From positions 25,099 to 89,098 of the forward strand of contig JBEKEM010000005.1 in assembly GCA_050013835.1 (NCBI GenBank): 64,000 nucleotides of DNA. The letters are read 5' to 3'. Positions 19,117 through 28,837 of this stretch are shown piece by piece; positions within the stretch are counted from its first letter, which is position 1; the number at the start of each line of letters is the position of its first letter. A program made the translations under genes and the position numbers. The DNA is from Acidimicrobiales bacterium (GTDB taxonomy: Bacteria; Actinomycetota; Acidimicrobiia; Acidimicrobiales; Bog-793). The notes below the pieces were generated by a model. The model searched no databases. It saw only the letters and a program-made list of their open reading frames with translations, and was not told the origin of the DNA.

Positions 19117-21249
19117 CTACTCGGCGTGGCCGAAGGACCTGATTTCCTCGGCCTCCTCGGGGGTGAGCTCGCGCGGCTGGTCGCCGCGCTTCACCTTCTC
19201 GCTCTGGACGTGGTGGCGGATCTCGTCGACGATCTCGGGGTTGGCGAGCGTGCTCACGTCGCCCACGTCGCCGAAGTTGGAGATCGCCGCGATGACCCGG
19301 CGCATGATCTTGCCGGAGCGGGTTTTCGGCATGTCTTGCACGATCCAGACGCTCCGGGGCCGCGCGATCTTGCCGATCAGGCGGTCGATGGCCCCCTTTA
19401 CCTTGTCCTCGACCGCCTTGCTCGGGGCCATGCCGGGCTTCAGGGCGACGTAGATCTCCACCGCCCGGCCGCGCACTTCGTCGACGACCGGGACCGCCGC
19501 CGCCTCGGAGACCTCGTCCACCGTGAGTGCAGCGGACTCGATCTCCTTGGTGCCGAGCCGGTGACCGGCGACGTTGATGACGTCGTCAACCCGGCCGAGG
19601 ATCCGGAAGTAGCCGTCGGCGGCCTGGACCGCCCCGTCACCGGCGAGGTAGGGCCAGTCGTGCCAGTCCTTGCTCGTGCGGTCCTTGCAGAACTTCCTGT
19701 AGTAGATGTCGACGAAACGCTCGGGCTGGCCCCAGACCGTCTGGCAGAGCCCCGGCCACGGGTTGCGGATGCAGATGTTGCCCGCCCGGCCGCTGCCGGC
19801 GGGGACCTCCTTGCCGTCCTCGTCGTAGATGACGGGGTAGATGCCGAGCACGGCCGGCCCGCAGCTGCCGGGCTTCATCGGGTGCACCGCCGGCAGCGTG
19901 CTGCCTAAGAACCCGCCGTTCTCGGTCTGCCACCACGTGTCGACGATGACGGCTTCTCCCTTGCCGATCACCTCGTGGTACCAGCGCCACACCTCGGGCT
20001 CGATCGGCTCGCCGACCGTCGTCATGTGCTTGAAGTGGTAGCCGTACTTCGCCGGTTCGTCCGGTCCGAGCTTGCGCAGCATCCGGATCATCGTGGGAGC
20101 GGTGTGGAAGATGTTCACGCCCAGCTTCTCGGCGATCCGCCAGGCGCGCCCGGCGTCCGGGTAGGTGGGCACGCCCTCGTAGATGACGGTCGTGGTGCCG
20201 AGGAGCAGTGGTCCGTAGACGATGTAGGAATGCCCGGTGATCCAGCCGATGTCGGCCGTGCACCAGTAGACGTCGTCGGGGTGGATGTCCTCGTAGTACT
20301 TCGCCGTCCCCGCGACGTAGGTCAGGTAGCCGCCGGTCGAGTGCTGGCAGCCCTTCGGCCGGCCGGTCGTGCCGCTCGTGTACATGAGGAAGAGCGGCGC
20401 CTCGGCCGGCATCGAGACCGGCTCGACCTCCTGGCCGCGGTACTTGCCGATGATCTCGTCGACGAAGAAGTCCCGGCCCGCGACCATCGGGCTTCCCGAG
20501 GCGTACCGGCCGGCGTGGCGCCGCCAAACGAGCACCTTGTCGACCGTCTGGCCGAGCTTGGCGGCGGCCTCCACGGCCTCGTCGGCCCGGGCCTTGTGGT
20601 CGACGAGCTCGCCGCTGCGGTAGTAGCCGTCGACGGTGACGAGGACGTGGCTGCCGGAGTCGGCGACGCGGTCGCCGCAGGCGGCGCCGGAGAACCCGCC
20701 GAACACCTCGGAGTGGATGACGCCGAGGCGGGCGCAGGCGAGCATCGACACCGGGAGCTCCGGGATCATCGGCAGGTAGAAGGTGACCCGGTCGCCGGCC
20801 TTCAGCCCGGCGAAGTCGCGCAGCAACGCGGCAAACTCGTTCACCCGCCGGTAGAGGTCCTTGTACGTGATCGACTGGGTCTCGTCGGTCTCGAGCTCGG
20901 GAACCCAGATGATCGCCGCCTTGTCGCCGTACTCATCCAGGTGGCGGTCGATGCAGTTGAAGCTGGCGTTCAGCCGGCCGCCGACGAACCACTTCCAGAA
21001 GGGCGGATTCGACGAGTCGAGGAGCGTCTCCCACGGCTTGTCCCAGGTCACCAGGTCGGCGTACTCCTTGAAGCACTCCGGGAACTTGTCCTCGCTGAAC
21101 CGGTCGAGGATGGAGGCATCCGGGGCGTTCGCCTGAGCGATGAAGGCCGGCGACGGGTAGTAGTACTCCTCCTCCCGCCAGTGGACGGCGATCTCGGCCT
21201 CCGAGACCTGCTCTTGCTCGGGCACTTCCGTCGGGAGCTCTTCTGCCAT
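19117..21249 (-). CDS. acs: Acetyl-CoA synthetase (AMP-forming acetate--CoA ligase)
   Basis: 710-aa ORF. AMP-binding motif YTSGTTGRPKG and N-terminal WKWFVGGRLNASFNCIDRHL. The C-terminal PKTRSGKIMRR carries the conserved regulatory Lys (codon at about 19309-19311). Confidence 0.95.
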   Translation of the reverse strand: MAEELPTEVPEQEQVSEAEIAVHWREEEYYYPSPAFIAQANAPDASILDRFSEDKFPECFKEYADLVTWDKPWETLLDSSNPPFWKWFVGGRLNASFNCIDRHLDEYGDKAAIIWVPELETDETQSITYKDLYRRVNEFAALLRDFAGLKAGDRVTFYLPMIPELPVSMLACARLGVIHSEVFGGFSGAACGDRVADSGSHVLVTVDGYYRSGELVDHKARADEAVEAAAKLGQTVDKVLVWRRHAGRYASGSPMVAGRDFFVDEIIGKYRGQEVEPVSMPAEAPLFLMYTSGTTGRPKGCQHSTGGYLTYVAGTAKYYEDIHPDDVYWCTADIGWITGHSYIVYGPLLLGTTTVIYEGVPTYPDAGRAWRIAEKLGVNIFHTAPTMIRMLRKLGPDEPAKYGYHFKHMTTVGEPIEPEVWRWYHEVIGKGEAVIVDTWWQTENGGFLGSTLPAVHPMKPGSCGPAVLGIYPVIYDEDGKEVPAGSGRAGNICIRNPWPGLCQTVWGQPERFVDIYYRKFCKDRTSKDWHDWPYLAGDGAVQAADGYFRILGRVDDVINVAGHRLGTKEIESAALTVDEVSEAAAVPVVDEVRGRAVEIYVALKPGMAPSKAVEDKVKGAIDRLIGKIARPRSVWIVQDMPKTRSGKIMRRVIAAISNFGDVGDVSTLANPEIVDEIRHHVQSEKVKRGDQPRELTPEEAEEIRSFGHAE

Positions 21250-21425
21250 CGTGCTTTCTCCATTCTCGGCGAGATCCGCTTCGGCCCATTATCGCGGGCA
21301 CCAAGGGGCCCCGCGTCCGCCCTCCCGCAAGGGCGCGACGAACCGCGACGAAGGCCGCCGCTCAGACTAGGTTCTGTCCCGCCGCCCAGGCGGAACCCAG
21401 CCATCACCGACAGAAGAGGAGAGCA

Positions 21426-22058
21426 ATGACCATGCACCCCGGGGAGACACAGGGCGCCCCAGTAGGCGGCGGGGGAACCGCCTCGACGTGGCCGCGCGTC
21501 GCCGACCCGGCCCCGCTCGGTCTGGCGGCCTTCGCCATGACAACCTTCGCCCTCAGCATCGGGAACACCAACGTCTGGGGTCCGGGGGCCAAGGCGGCCC
21601 TCGCCCTCGCCCTCGTCTACGGCGGCGGTGCCCAGCTGCTGGCCGGGATGTGGGAGTTCGTCCGGAAGAACACCTTCGGCGCCGTCGCCTTCACCTCGTT
21701 CGGGGCGTTCTGGATCGCCTACTACGTCTTCGTGCGCTTCATCGCTCCCGGGATCAGCGCAGCCGACCTGCCCGTCGCCGTCGGCGTGTTCCTCCTCGGC
21801 TGGACGATCTTCACCGCCTACATGACGGTGGCGAGCCTGCGGGTGAGCGGCGCCGTGGTCGCCGTCTTTGTGTTGCTGACGGTGACGTTCGTCCTGCTCA
21901 CGATCGGCGCGTTCCATTCGAGCGTCGGTCTTGACAAGGCGGGCGGCTGGGTCGGGATCGCCACGGCCGCGGCGGCGTGGTACGCGTCGTTCGCCGGGGT
22001 CGTGAACGAAACCTACAAGAGGTCGGTCCTCCCGACGATGCCGTTGGCGCCGCGCTAG
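21426..22058 (+). CDS. satP: Acetate/succinate uptake transporter (GPR1/FUN34/YaaH, SatP family)
   Basis: DPAPLGLAAFAMTTFALS signature, 6 TM helices and a GGAG SD 5 nt before the ATG. Confidence 0.85.
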   Translation: MTMHPGETQGAPVGGGGTASTWPRVADPAPLGLAAFAMTTFALSIGNTNVWGPGAKAALALALVYGGGAQLLAGMWEFVRKNTFGAVAFTSFGAFWIAYYVFVRFIAPGISAADLPVAVGVFLLGWTIFTAYMTVASLRVSGAVVAVFVLLTVTFVLLTIGAFHSSVGLDKAGGWVGIATAAAAWYASFAGVVNETYKRSVLPTMPLAPR

Positions 22059-22132
22059 CCACGGCCGCCACTTGGCGGTGAGGGACAAAGGGCTCTGGTT
22101 CACACCTGCCACACCAGGCGTAGCCTGTGCTC

Positions 22133-24835
22133 ATGAGCGTCCACAACCTCAAGAACCTTTTCAGCCCCACCCGGGTGGCTGTGGTCGGGGCCGGCCGCGA
22201 GTCGTCTCAGCTCGGACATATCGTCCTGCGCAACCTGGTGGACGGCGGCTTCGACGGTGTCGTGTACCCGATCAACCCCGGTCGAGAGTCCGTGAGCGGC
22301 ATCCAGGCCTACCCGAGCATCGCCGAGACCCCGGCGCGGCCGGACCTGGCGATCGTCTGCACCCCCGCTGCCACCGTGCCCGAGGTCATCCGCGGATGCG
22401 GTGCGCGGGAGGTGCCCGCCGTCGCCGTACTGTCGGCGGGCTTCCGGGAGGCCGGGGCCGAGGGGGCCGAACTGGAGCGGCTCGTCCGGGAGGAGCTGGG
22501 GTGTCACGACGGGATGCGGATGCTCGGCCCGAACTGCCTCGGGCTGATCGTGCCGCGCCTCGGGCTCAACGCCAGCTTCGCCAAGACGATGCCGATCGAC
22601 GGCCACATCGCCTTCGTCTCGCAGTCCGGGGCGCTCGCCACCTCGGTCATCGACTGGGCGGCCGCCCAGAAGATCGGCTTCTCGCAGGTCGTCTCCGTCG
22701 GCAACATGGTTGACGTCGACCTCGGCGACCTGATCGACTACCTCGCCCAGGACGCCCACACTCGGGCGATCTTCCTTTACATCGAGGCGGTGACCCAGCC
22801 GCGCAAGTTCATGTCGGCGGCGCGGGCGTTTTCCCGCACGAAGCCGATCATCGTTTACAAGGCGGGGCGCTTCGCCGCCTCGGCCCAGGCCGCCGTGTCG
22901 CACACCGGGGCGATGATGGGCGAGGACTCCGTCTACGACGCCGCCCTGCGCCGCGCCGGGGCAGTGCGGGTCGGACGGATCGAGGAGGTCTTCGCCACGG
23001 CCGAGCTGCTCGCCAAGGAGCGCCCGATCTACCGCGCTCGTCTGGCGGTCGTGACGAACGCCGGCGGCCCCGGGGTGATGGCGGCCGATGCCCTCATCGC
23101 CCGGGACGGCGAGCTCGCCGAGCTCGAGCCGGCCACGATCAAGGTGCTCGACGAGGCGCTGCCGCCGGCGTGGTCGCACGGCAACCCGGTCGACGTGCTC
23201 GGCGACGCGCCGCCGAAGCGTTACGGCGAGGCGGTGAAGGCCGTGCTCGCGGACGAGCAGGTCGACGCCGTGCTGACGATCCTCACCCCGCAGGCGATGA
23301 CCGACGCCACGGCGACGGCCGACGCCGTGCTGGCGGCGCGGCGGGGCTCATCGAAGCCCGTGCTCGCCGCCTGGATGGGAGGGCTCACCGTGAACGAGGG
23401 GCTGCAGCGCCTGAGCGCGGGAGGCGTGGCCGCTTACTCCTACCCGGAGCAGGCGATCGGGGCGCTCATGGACCTCGTCTCCTACGGGCGCAACCTCGAG
23501 ATCCTCCACGAGACGCCGCGCAGCCTCCCGGTCGGTTTCTCCGTCGACCGCCAGCGCGCCAAGGACCTGATGACCGCCGTGCTCGCCGAGGGGACCGGGG
23601 TGCTGTCGGAGACCTCCTCCAAGGCCCTGCTCGACGCCTACGAGATCCCGTTCACGAGGCCCCTCCCGGCGCTGTCGGTTGACGATGCCGTGGCGGTCGC
23701 CGAGCAGATCGGCTTCCCGGTCGTGCTGAAGGTCCGTTCGCCCGACATCACGCACAAGACCGACGTCGGCGGGGTCGAGATTGGGCTGGGCGACGCCAAC
23801 GCCGTGCGGAAGGCCTACGACCGGATCATGGCAACGGTGCAAAAGAAACGCCCGGAGGCGGAGATCCAGGGGGTCACCGTCCAGCAGATGGTGCGCAAGT
23901 CGGGCTACGAGCTCGTCCTCGGGGCCCGCAAGGACCCGATCTTCGGCGCCGTGATCCTGCTCGGCGCCGGCGGCGTGGCGACCGAGGTGATGCGCGACCA
24001 GGCGCTCGAGCTGCCACCGCTCAACGAGAGCCTCGCCCTGCACATGCTGCAGTCGCTGCGGATCTGGCCGCTGCTCGACGGGCACCGGGGACGGCCGGCC
24101 GTCAACCTCGACGCCCTGCTTGAGGTCGTGATGCGCTTCTCGTACCTCGTCGCCGACTACCCCGAGCTCAGCGAGTTCGAGATCAATCCGCTGCTCGTCA
24201 GCGCGGACGGGGTGATCGCCCTCGACGCTCGGGCCGTCGTCGACCAGTCGCTGATCGGTCGCAGCGAGCCGCCGTTCTCGCACCTCGCCATCCGCCCCTA
24301 CCCCGAGGAGTACACGCGTGAGGTGACGACGACCGGCGGACTGCAGGTGACGCTGCGGCCGATCCGGCCGGAGGACGAGCCGGCATGGCACGAGATGCTC
24401 GACGTGTGCTCGGCCGAGACGATCGCCCTGCGGTTTAGCGCGATGGTTCGCCACACCCACGAGTTCGCCTCGCGCTTCTGCTTCACCGACTACGACCGCG
24501 AGCTCGCCATCGTCGCCGAGGTCGAGAACGCCGATGGCACGAGCAAGCTCGTCGGCGTCGGCCGGCTCGCCGCCGACGCCGCCCGGAACCGGGCCGAGTA
24601 CGCCGTGTTGATCGCCGATCCCTGGCAGCACCGCGGGCTCGGCAACCTGCTCACCGAGTACTGCCTGGAAGTGGCCCCCCAGTGGGGGAGCCTGTGGGGC
24701 CTCCACGAGGTCTGCGGGGAGACGGCCACCGAGAACGCCAACATGATCGCTGTGTTCGAGAAGGCGGGCTTCAAGCTCACCCGGCGCGCCGACGAGGGGA
24801 TCGTCTTCGCCGCGCGCCGCGTGAAGGCCCACTGA
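22133..24835 (+). CDS. pat: Pat-type protein lysine acetyltransferase (NDP-forming acyl-CoA synthetase-like N-domain fused to C-terminal GNAT)
   Basis: CoA-binding VAVVGAG...VYPINP, succinyl-CoA-synthetase-like and ATP-grasp-like regions, and a C-terminal GNAT (DPWQHRGLGNLLTEY ... FEKAGF). ATG 22133 was chosen; GTG 22127 is also possible. Confidence 0.85.
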   Translation: MSVHNLKNLFSPTRVAVVGAGRESSQLGHIVLRNLVDGGFDGVVYPINPGRESVSGIQAYPSIAETPARPDLAIVCTPAATVPEVIRGCGAREVPAVAVLSAGFREAGAEGAELERLVREELGCHDGMRMLGPNCLGLIVPRLGLNASFAKTMPIDGHIAFVSQSGALATSVIDWAAAQKIGFSQVVSVGNMVDVDLGDLIDYLAQDAHTRAIFLYIEAVTQPRKFMSAARAFSRTKPIIVYKAGRFAASAQAAVSHTGAMMGEDSVYDAALRRAGAVRVGRIEEVFATAELLAKERPIYRARLAVVTNAGGPGVMAADALIARDGELAELEPATIKVLDEALPPAWSHGNPVDVLGDAPPKRYGEAVKAVLADEQVDAVLTILTPQAMTDATATADAVLAARRGSSKPVLAAWMGGLTVNEGLQRLSAGGVAAYSYPEQAIGALMDLVSYGRNLEILHETPRSLPVGFSVDRQRAKDLMTAVLAEGTGVLSETSSKALLDAYEIPFTRPLPALSVDDAVAVAEQIGFPVVLKVRSPDITHKTDVGGVEIGLGDANAVRKAYDRIMATVQKKRPEAEIQGVTVQQMVRKSGYELVLGARKDPIFGAVILLGAGGVATEVMRDQALELPPLNESLALHMLQSLRIWPLLDGHRGRPAVNLDALLEVVMRFSYLVADYPELSEFEINPLLVSADGVIALDARAVVDQSLIGRSEPPFSHLAIRPYPEEYTREVTTTGGLQVTLRPIRPEDEPAWHEMLDVCSAETIALRFSAMVRHTHEFASRFCFTDYDRELAIVAEVENADGTSKLVGVGRLAADAARNRAEYAVLIADPWQHRGLGNLLTEYCLEVAPQWGSLWGLHEVCGETATENANMIAVFEKAGFKLTRRADEGIVFAARRVKAH

Positions 24836-24949
24836 AGCGCCCCGCCCGGCCCGACCCGGGCGGTGCAGGACCGGGGCCGACCGGCGGGGCAGGCGCCCGC
24901 GGACCCGGTCGCCGCCTACAGTTTCGCCCGTGACCACGGTCGCGACGGC

Positions 24950-25582
24950 GTGAACACGCTGCTCAGCCCGCTTCTCGGGCTCGGCGGCTGGGAGGCGTAC
25001 GCGCTCGTCGGGGCGTTGTGTTTCGGCGAGGCGGCGCTTTTTGTCGGCTTCGTTCTCCCGGGCGAGACGGCCGTCGTCCTGGGCGGCGTGCTCGCCTCGG
25101 AGCACCACGTCAGCCTGTCGTGGATCTGCACCCTCGTCGTCGTCTGCGCCATCGTCGGCGACAGCGTCGGCTACGAGGTCGGCCGGAAGTTCGGGCCGTA
25201 CCTGCTGGCGCACCGGCCGCTCCGCGGTCACCCCGGGGTCGAGAGGACCCGGGAATTCCTGCAGCGCCGCGGCGCCTACGCCGTCTTCGTCGGCCGGTTC
25301 GCCGCCGTCTTCCGCGCCCTCGTCCCCGGCGTCGCCGGGGCCTCCGAGGTGCGCTACCGGACCTTCCTCGCCGCCAACGCCCTGGGCGGGCTCGTCTGGG
25401 GGATCGCCTACACGCTCGCCGGCTACGCCGTCGGCAAGTCCTACCAGAAGGTGCTGACCTGGGGCGGCAGGGCCTCGTCGTTGATCATTGGCGTCGTAGT
25501 CGTGGCCGCCGTCGTGGCCCTCGTCGTCCACCACCGGCGCTCCCGCGCCGCCGCCCCGCCGGGGGAGCAGCACGGCGACTGA
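24950..25582 (+). CDS. DedA family membrane protein
   Basis: FGEAALFVGFVLPGETAVVLGGVLA and GDSVGYEVGRKFG motifs. The start is ambiguous: GTG 24950 was chosen for a typical N-terminal length, and GTG 24863 is the longest ORF. Confidence 0.8.
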   Translation: MNTLLSPLLGLGGWEAYALVGALCFGEAALFVGFVLPGETAVVLGGVLASEHHVSLSWICTLVVVCAIVGDSVGYEVGRKFGPYLLAHRPLRGHPGVERTREFLQRRGAYAVFVGRFAAVFRALVPGVAGASEVRYRTFLAANALGGLVWGIAYTLAGYAVGKSYQKVLTWGGRASSLIIGVVVVAAVVALVVHHRRSRAAAPPGEQHGD

Positions 25583-25673
25583 GGCGGTCGGCGTCCGCGG
25601 GGCGCCGTTAGTCTGACCCAGCCGGCGCCGGAGTCGAACCGGGCGCCGCGCGCCAGCGCGAGGGGGAGAAACC

Positions 25674-26315
25674 ATGACTGTGCGTCTCGGTGACTACGCG
25701 CCCGATTTCACCGCCGACTCGACCGAGGGGCGGATCGCCTTCCACGACTTCCTGGGCCGGAGCTGGGGCGTCCTCATCTCGCACCCGGCCGACTTCACCC
25801 CGGTGAGCACGACCGAGCTCGGCGAGATGGCCCGCCTCGTCGGCGAGTTCGAGCGGCGCGACACCAAGGTCGTGGCCGTCTCGGTCGGCCCGGTCGAATC
25901 GCACCTCGAGTGGGCGGACGACATCAAGGAGGCGACCGGGCACTCGCTCAACTTCCCGCTCGTCGCCGACCCCGACCGCGTCGTGGCCAGCCTCTACGGG
26001 ATGGTCCACCCCTTCGCCACAGACCCCGCGGGCACCCGCGCAATCGTCGTGATCGGCCCGGACAAGCGGGTCGAGCTGATGATGAACTACCCGGCGTCGA
26101 CCGGGCGTGAATTCGCCGAGCTGCTGCGCGTCCTCGACTCGCTCCAGCTCGCCGCCAGGCACCCCGTCGTGACGCCGGTGAACTGGCGGCCGGGCGACGA
26201 GGTGATCGTCGCCCCGGCGGTGCCCGACCACGAGGCGCGGGCGCGCTTTGGGGAGATCCGGGTCGTGAAGGACTACCTCCGCTTCACCCCGCACCCGACG
26301 GGCGCAGAGAGTTGA
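25674..26315 (+). CDS. Prx6-type (1-Cys) peroxiredoxin paralog lacking any cysteine (FTPVSTTE)
   Basis: GGGGGAG SD upstream of the ATG. It aligns throughout with the downstream paralog, but residue 45 is Ser (AGC 25806-25808) and there is no Cys in 213 aa. FHDF His24, GRSWG and GPDK are retained. Confidence 0.85.
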   Translation: MTVRLGDYAPDFTADSTEGRIAFHDFLGRSWGVLISHPADFTPVSTTELGEMARLVGEFERRDTKVVAVSVGPVESHLEWADDIKEATGHSLNFPLVADPDRVVASLYGMVHPFATDPAGTRAIVVIGPDKRVELMMNYPASTGREFAELLRVLDSLQLAARHPVVTPVNWRPGDEVIVAPAVPDHEARARFGEIRVVKDYLRFTPHPTGAES

Positions 26316-26422
26316 CCGGACTAGTCAGGTTCTCCGGAGGCGCCGTTAGGCTCGCCGCCACAAGCAACCGACACGGAGGCCGGCGCTCGTCGAGCGCCGC
26401 CGGACTGGACGAGGAAGAAACG

Positions 26423-27058
26423 ATGGCTCTGCAGCTAGGCGACACCGCTCCGAACTTCACTTCCGACTCGACTGAGGGGAAGATCGACCTCTACGACTAC
26501 CTTGGCGACGGCTGGGGGATCCTCTTTTCGCACCCGAAGGACTTCACCCCGGTGTGTACGACCGAGCTCGGCGAGGTCGCCCGGTTGAAGGGCGAGTTTG
26601 ATCGGCGCAACACGAAGGTCCTCGGCGTCTCGGTCGACCCGGTCTCCTCGCACAAGGACTGGGGCGCCGACATCAAGGACGCCACCGGGAACGCCCTCAA
26701 CTACCCGCTGCTCGGCGACCCCGAACGCAAGGTCGCCAGCCTCTACGGGATGATCCACCCGAACGCCGACAACACCCTCACGGTGCGGTCGGTCTTCATC
26801 ATCGGCCCTGACAAGAAGGTCAAGCTGATGATCACCTACCCGGCCTCGACGGGCCGGAACTTCCAGGAAATCCTGCGCGTCCTCGACTCGCTCCAGCTGA
26901 CCGCGGACTACTCGGTCGCGACGCCGGTGAACTGGACCGACGGTGACGACGTGATCGTCGCCGCGGCGATGTCGGACGAGGACGCCAAGGCGAAGTTCCC
27001 CAAGGGCTTCCGGACCGTCAAGAAGTACCTGCGGTACACGCCGCAACCGAACCGCTGA
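26423..27058 (+). CDS. 1-Cys peroxiredoxin (Prx6 type)
   Basis: ATG 26423 with GAGGAAG upstream. Canonical DFTPVCTTE (Cys45, TGT 26555-26557) and C-terminal KKYLRYTPQP. The track ORF start at 26312 was rejected. Confidence 0.9.
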   Translation: MALQLGDTAPNFTSDSTEGKIDLYDYLGDGWGILFSHPKDFTPVCTTELGEVARLKGEFDRRNTKVLGVSVDPVSSHKDWGADIKDATGNALNYPLLGDPERKVASLYGMIHPNADNTLTVRSVFIIGPDKKVKLMITYPASTGRNFQEILRVLDSLQLTADYSVATPVNWTDGDDVIVAAAMSDEDAKAKFPKGFRTVKKYLRYTPQPNR

Positions 27059-27088
27059 GCGGATCCGCCCGACCGCTCGTGGCGCCGA

Positions 27089-27117
27089 GTCCCGCCCCCG
27101 GTCTCCGGGGGCGGGAC
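27089..27117 (+). terminator. Strong GC-rich stem-loop, probable terminator of the peroxiredoxin pair
   Basis: GTCCCGCCCCCGG-tct-CCGGGGGCGGGAC is a perfect 13-bp stem 30 nt after the stop. There is no U-tract, as is common in high-GC genomes. Confidence 0.55.
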
Positions 27118-27410
27118 GGTGCGCGCCAGGGCTGACTGCCGCGGAACCCCGCCGCCTGCGCCTGCGTCAAGGAGCGGATCGCGGAGGCAGCCGGCCGACA
27201 GTCCTCCGCCAGGAGCCGGGGCACTTCACGCGTCTCGCGGGAGAACTCGATACCGACAAGGGCTAGACATCCTCGGTGGGGCGGTCGGGCGATCCGCCTG
27301 TGACCCGGCGCGCGCCGAGCCGAGGGCCGCCTGTCCCGCCACTCTTGAGTCGAACGGACCCTCGGTCGTGCCGCCGGGGCCCGCGGGTCCCACGAGTACG
27401 ATTCCCACCG

Positions 27411-28754
27411 ATGCGGAGCGCTGTCCTCTCGGCGTATCGGCGCGCGATGTCGTATGCCCCGGTCGAGAAGGACGTCTTCCTTTACTTCTGCGCCACGGCC
27501 TTCGCCGCCGCGACCGCCGCCGCCGCCATCGCCGCCGACTACCGCGAGTGGGGCCAGATCGCCGGCGTCACCTACGGGGTCGCCACGCTCGTCTGCGCCG
27601 TCGTGTCCGTCGCCGCCCGCCGGGGGGCGCTCGGCGCCTCGGCGGTCAGCCTGGCGCGCCGCCTCGTCGTCGTAGCCGTGATCCTCGGCGCCGTCGTGGC
27701 GCCGCTCATCGCCGAGCTCGTCTGGCGGGCGGACGCCCGCCCGGGGGCGAACGCCCAGTCCGAGGTCGCCGTCGTCGAGCGGGCCGGCGACCGGCTCGCC
27801 AGGGGCGAGAGCCCCTACCTTGCCCACCCGACGACGGTCGGCGTCTCGCCGCGCAGCGACGCCAAGTCGATCGACGCCAACTCGTTCTACCCGTACCTGC
27901 CGGGGATGGCCCCCTTCGGCCTCGCCAACGCCGTCACGGGGCCGCCCGAGCTCGCCGACGCCCGTACGACGCTGGCGGGGTTCACCCTCGTCGTGGCGGC
28001 GATCGCCCTCCTCGCCCCGGGTGCGACGGTGGGGCGGCGCGGGCGGGTGCTCCAGTTCCTCGTCGTCCTGCCCTCGGGCGCCCTACCGATGGTGACCGGC
28101 GGCGACGACATGCCCGTTCTCGCCCTCCTGCTGGCGGGCCTCGTGCTGGTGGCGAAACGACGACCGGTGCTGGCGGGCCTCGTGCTCGGCTTCGCCGCGA
28201 CGCTGAAGTTCACCGCCTGGCCGGTCCTCATCCTCCTGCTGCTCGTCGTGCGGGACGCCGACGACCGTCCCGCCCCCCGGCGATTCGTCGGGGCGGCGGC
28301 CTGCGTCGCTGTTCCGGTGATCGGCGTCGGCTACCTGACGGGCCCGGCCGCCTTCGTCGAGAACGTGATCCTGTTCCCCCTGGGGCTGACGGCGGTGAAG
28401 TCGCCGGCGGCGAGCCCACTGCTGGGCGAAGTCCTCGTGCGCGCCTTCCCGGACCACCGCAAGCTCATCGTCGCCGTGCTCGTCCTTTGCGCCCTCGCCC
28501 TCGTCGCCTACGGATTGCGCCGCTTTACGCCGCGGACCCCCGCCCAGGTGGTGCGATTCACGGCGTGGGCGATGCTGCTGGCGACGCTGCTCGCGCCGGC
28601 GACGCGCTTCGGCTACCTCATGTACCCCGCGAACCTCTTCGTCTCGGCGTACCTGCTCGACGGGTTCGCCGCGGGGGAGGCCCACATCACCGGGGGAGTC
28701 GCCGCGCCCGAGCCCGTCCTCGCCGGGACGACGGCATCCCTCCCGCCGGGCTGA
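27411..28754 (+). CDS. Polytopic membrane protein, DUF2029 / glycosyltransferase family 87-like
   Basis: About 10 TM helices. The loop ERAGDRLARGESPYLAHP ... SFYPYLPGMAPFGL resembles GT87/DUF2029 mannosyltransferases. Start is ATG 27411 or ATG 27447. Confidence 0.6.
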   Translation: MRSAVLSAYRRAMSYAPVEKDVFLYFCATAFAAATAAAAIAADYREWGQIAGVTYGVATLVCAVVSVAARRGALGASAVSLARRLVVVAVILGAVVAPLIAELVWRADARPGANAQSEVAVVERAGDRLARGESPYLAHPTTVGVSPRSDAKSIDANSFYPYLPGMAPFGLANAVTGPPELADARTTLAGFTLVVAAIALLAPGATVGRRGRVLQFLVVLPSGALPMVTGGDDMPVLALLLAGLVLVAKRRPVLAGLVLGFAATLKFTAWPVLILLLLVVRDADDRPAPRRFVGAAACVAVPVIGVGYLTGPAAFVENVILFPLGLTAVKSPAASPLLGEVLVRAFPDHRKLIVAVLVLCALALVAYGLRRFTPRTPAQVVRFTAWAMLLATLLAPATRFGYLMYPANLFVSAYLLDGFAAGEAHITGGVAAPEPVLAGTTASLPPG

Positions 28755-28837
28755 CGAGGGGATCGCCGGCCGCGGCAAGGGCCCTCCGGGCCCCGCGGCG
28801 TGCCCCCCTGACCTGGTCGGCGACGGTACCCTGTGTC

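Noticed and set aside
23348-25675. 775-aa minus-strand ORF
   Set aside because: It is antisense to pat and the DedA gene, has low-complexity composition (runs of R, G, D, E, P, A) and no recognisable motif.
27119-28837. 5' part of the 1334-aa ORF that ends as RelA
   Set aside because: The upstream 573 codons are Arg/Pro/Gly-rich and overlap the hydrophobic GT87-like gene in another frame. RelA homology begins at ATG 28838.
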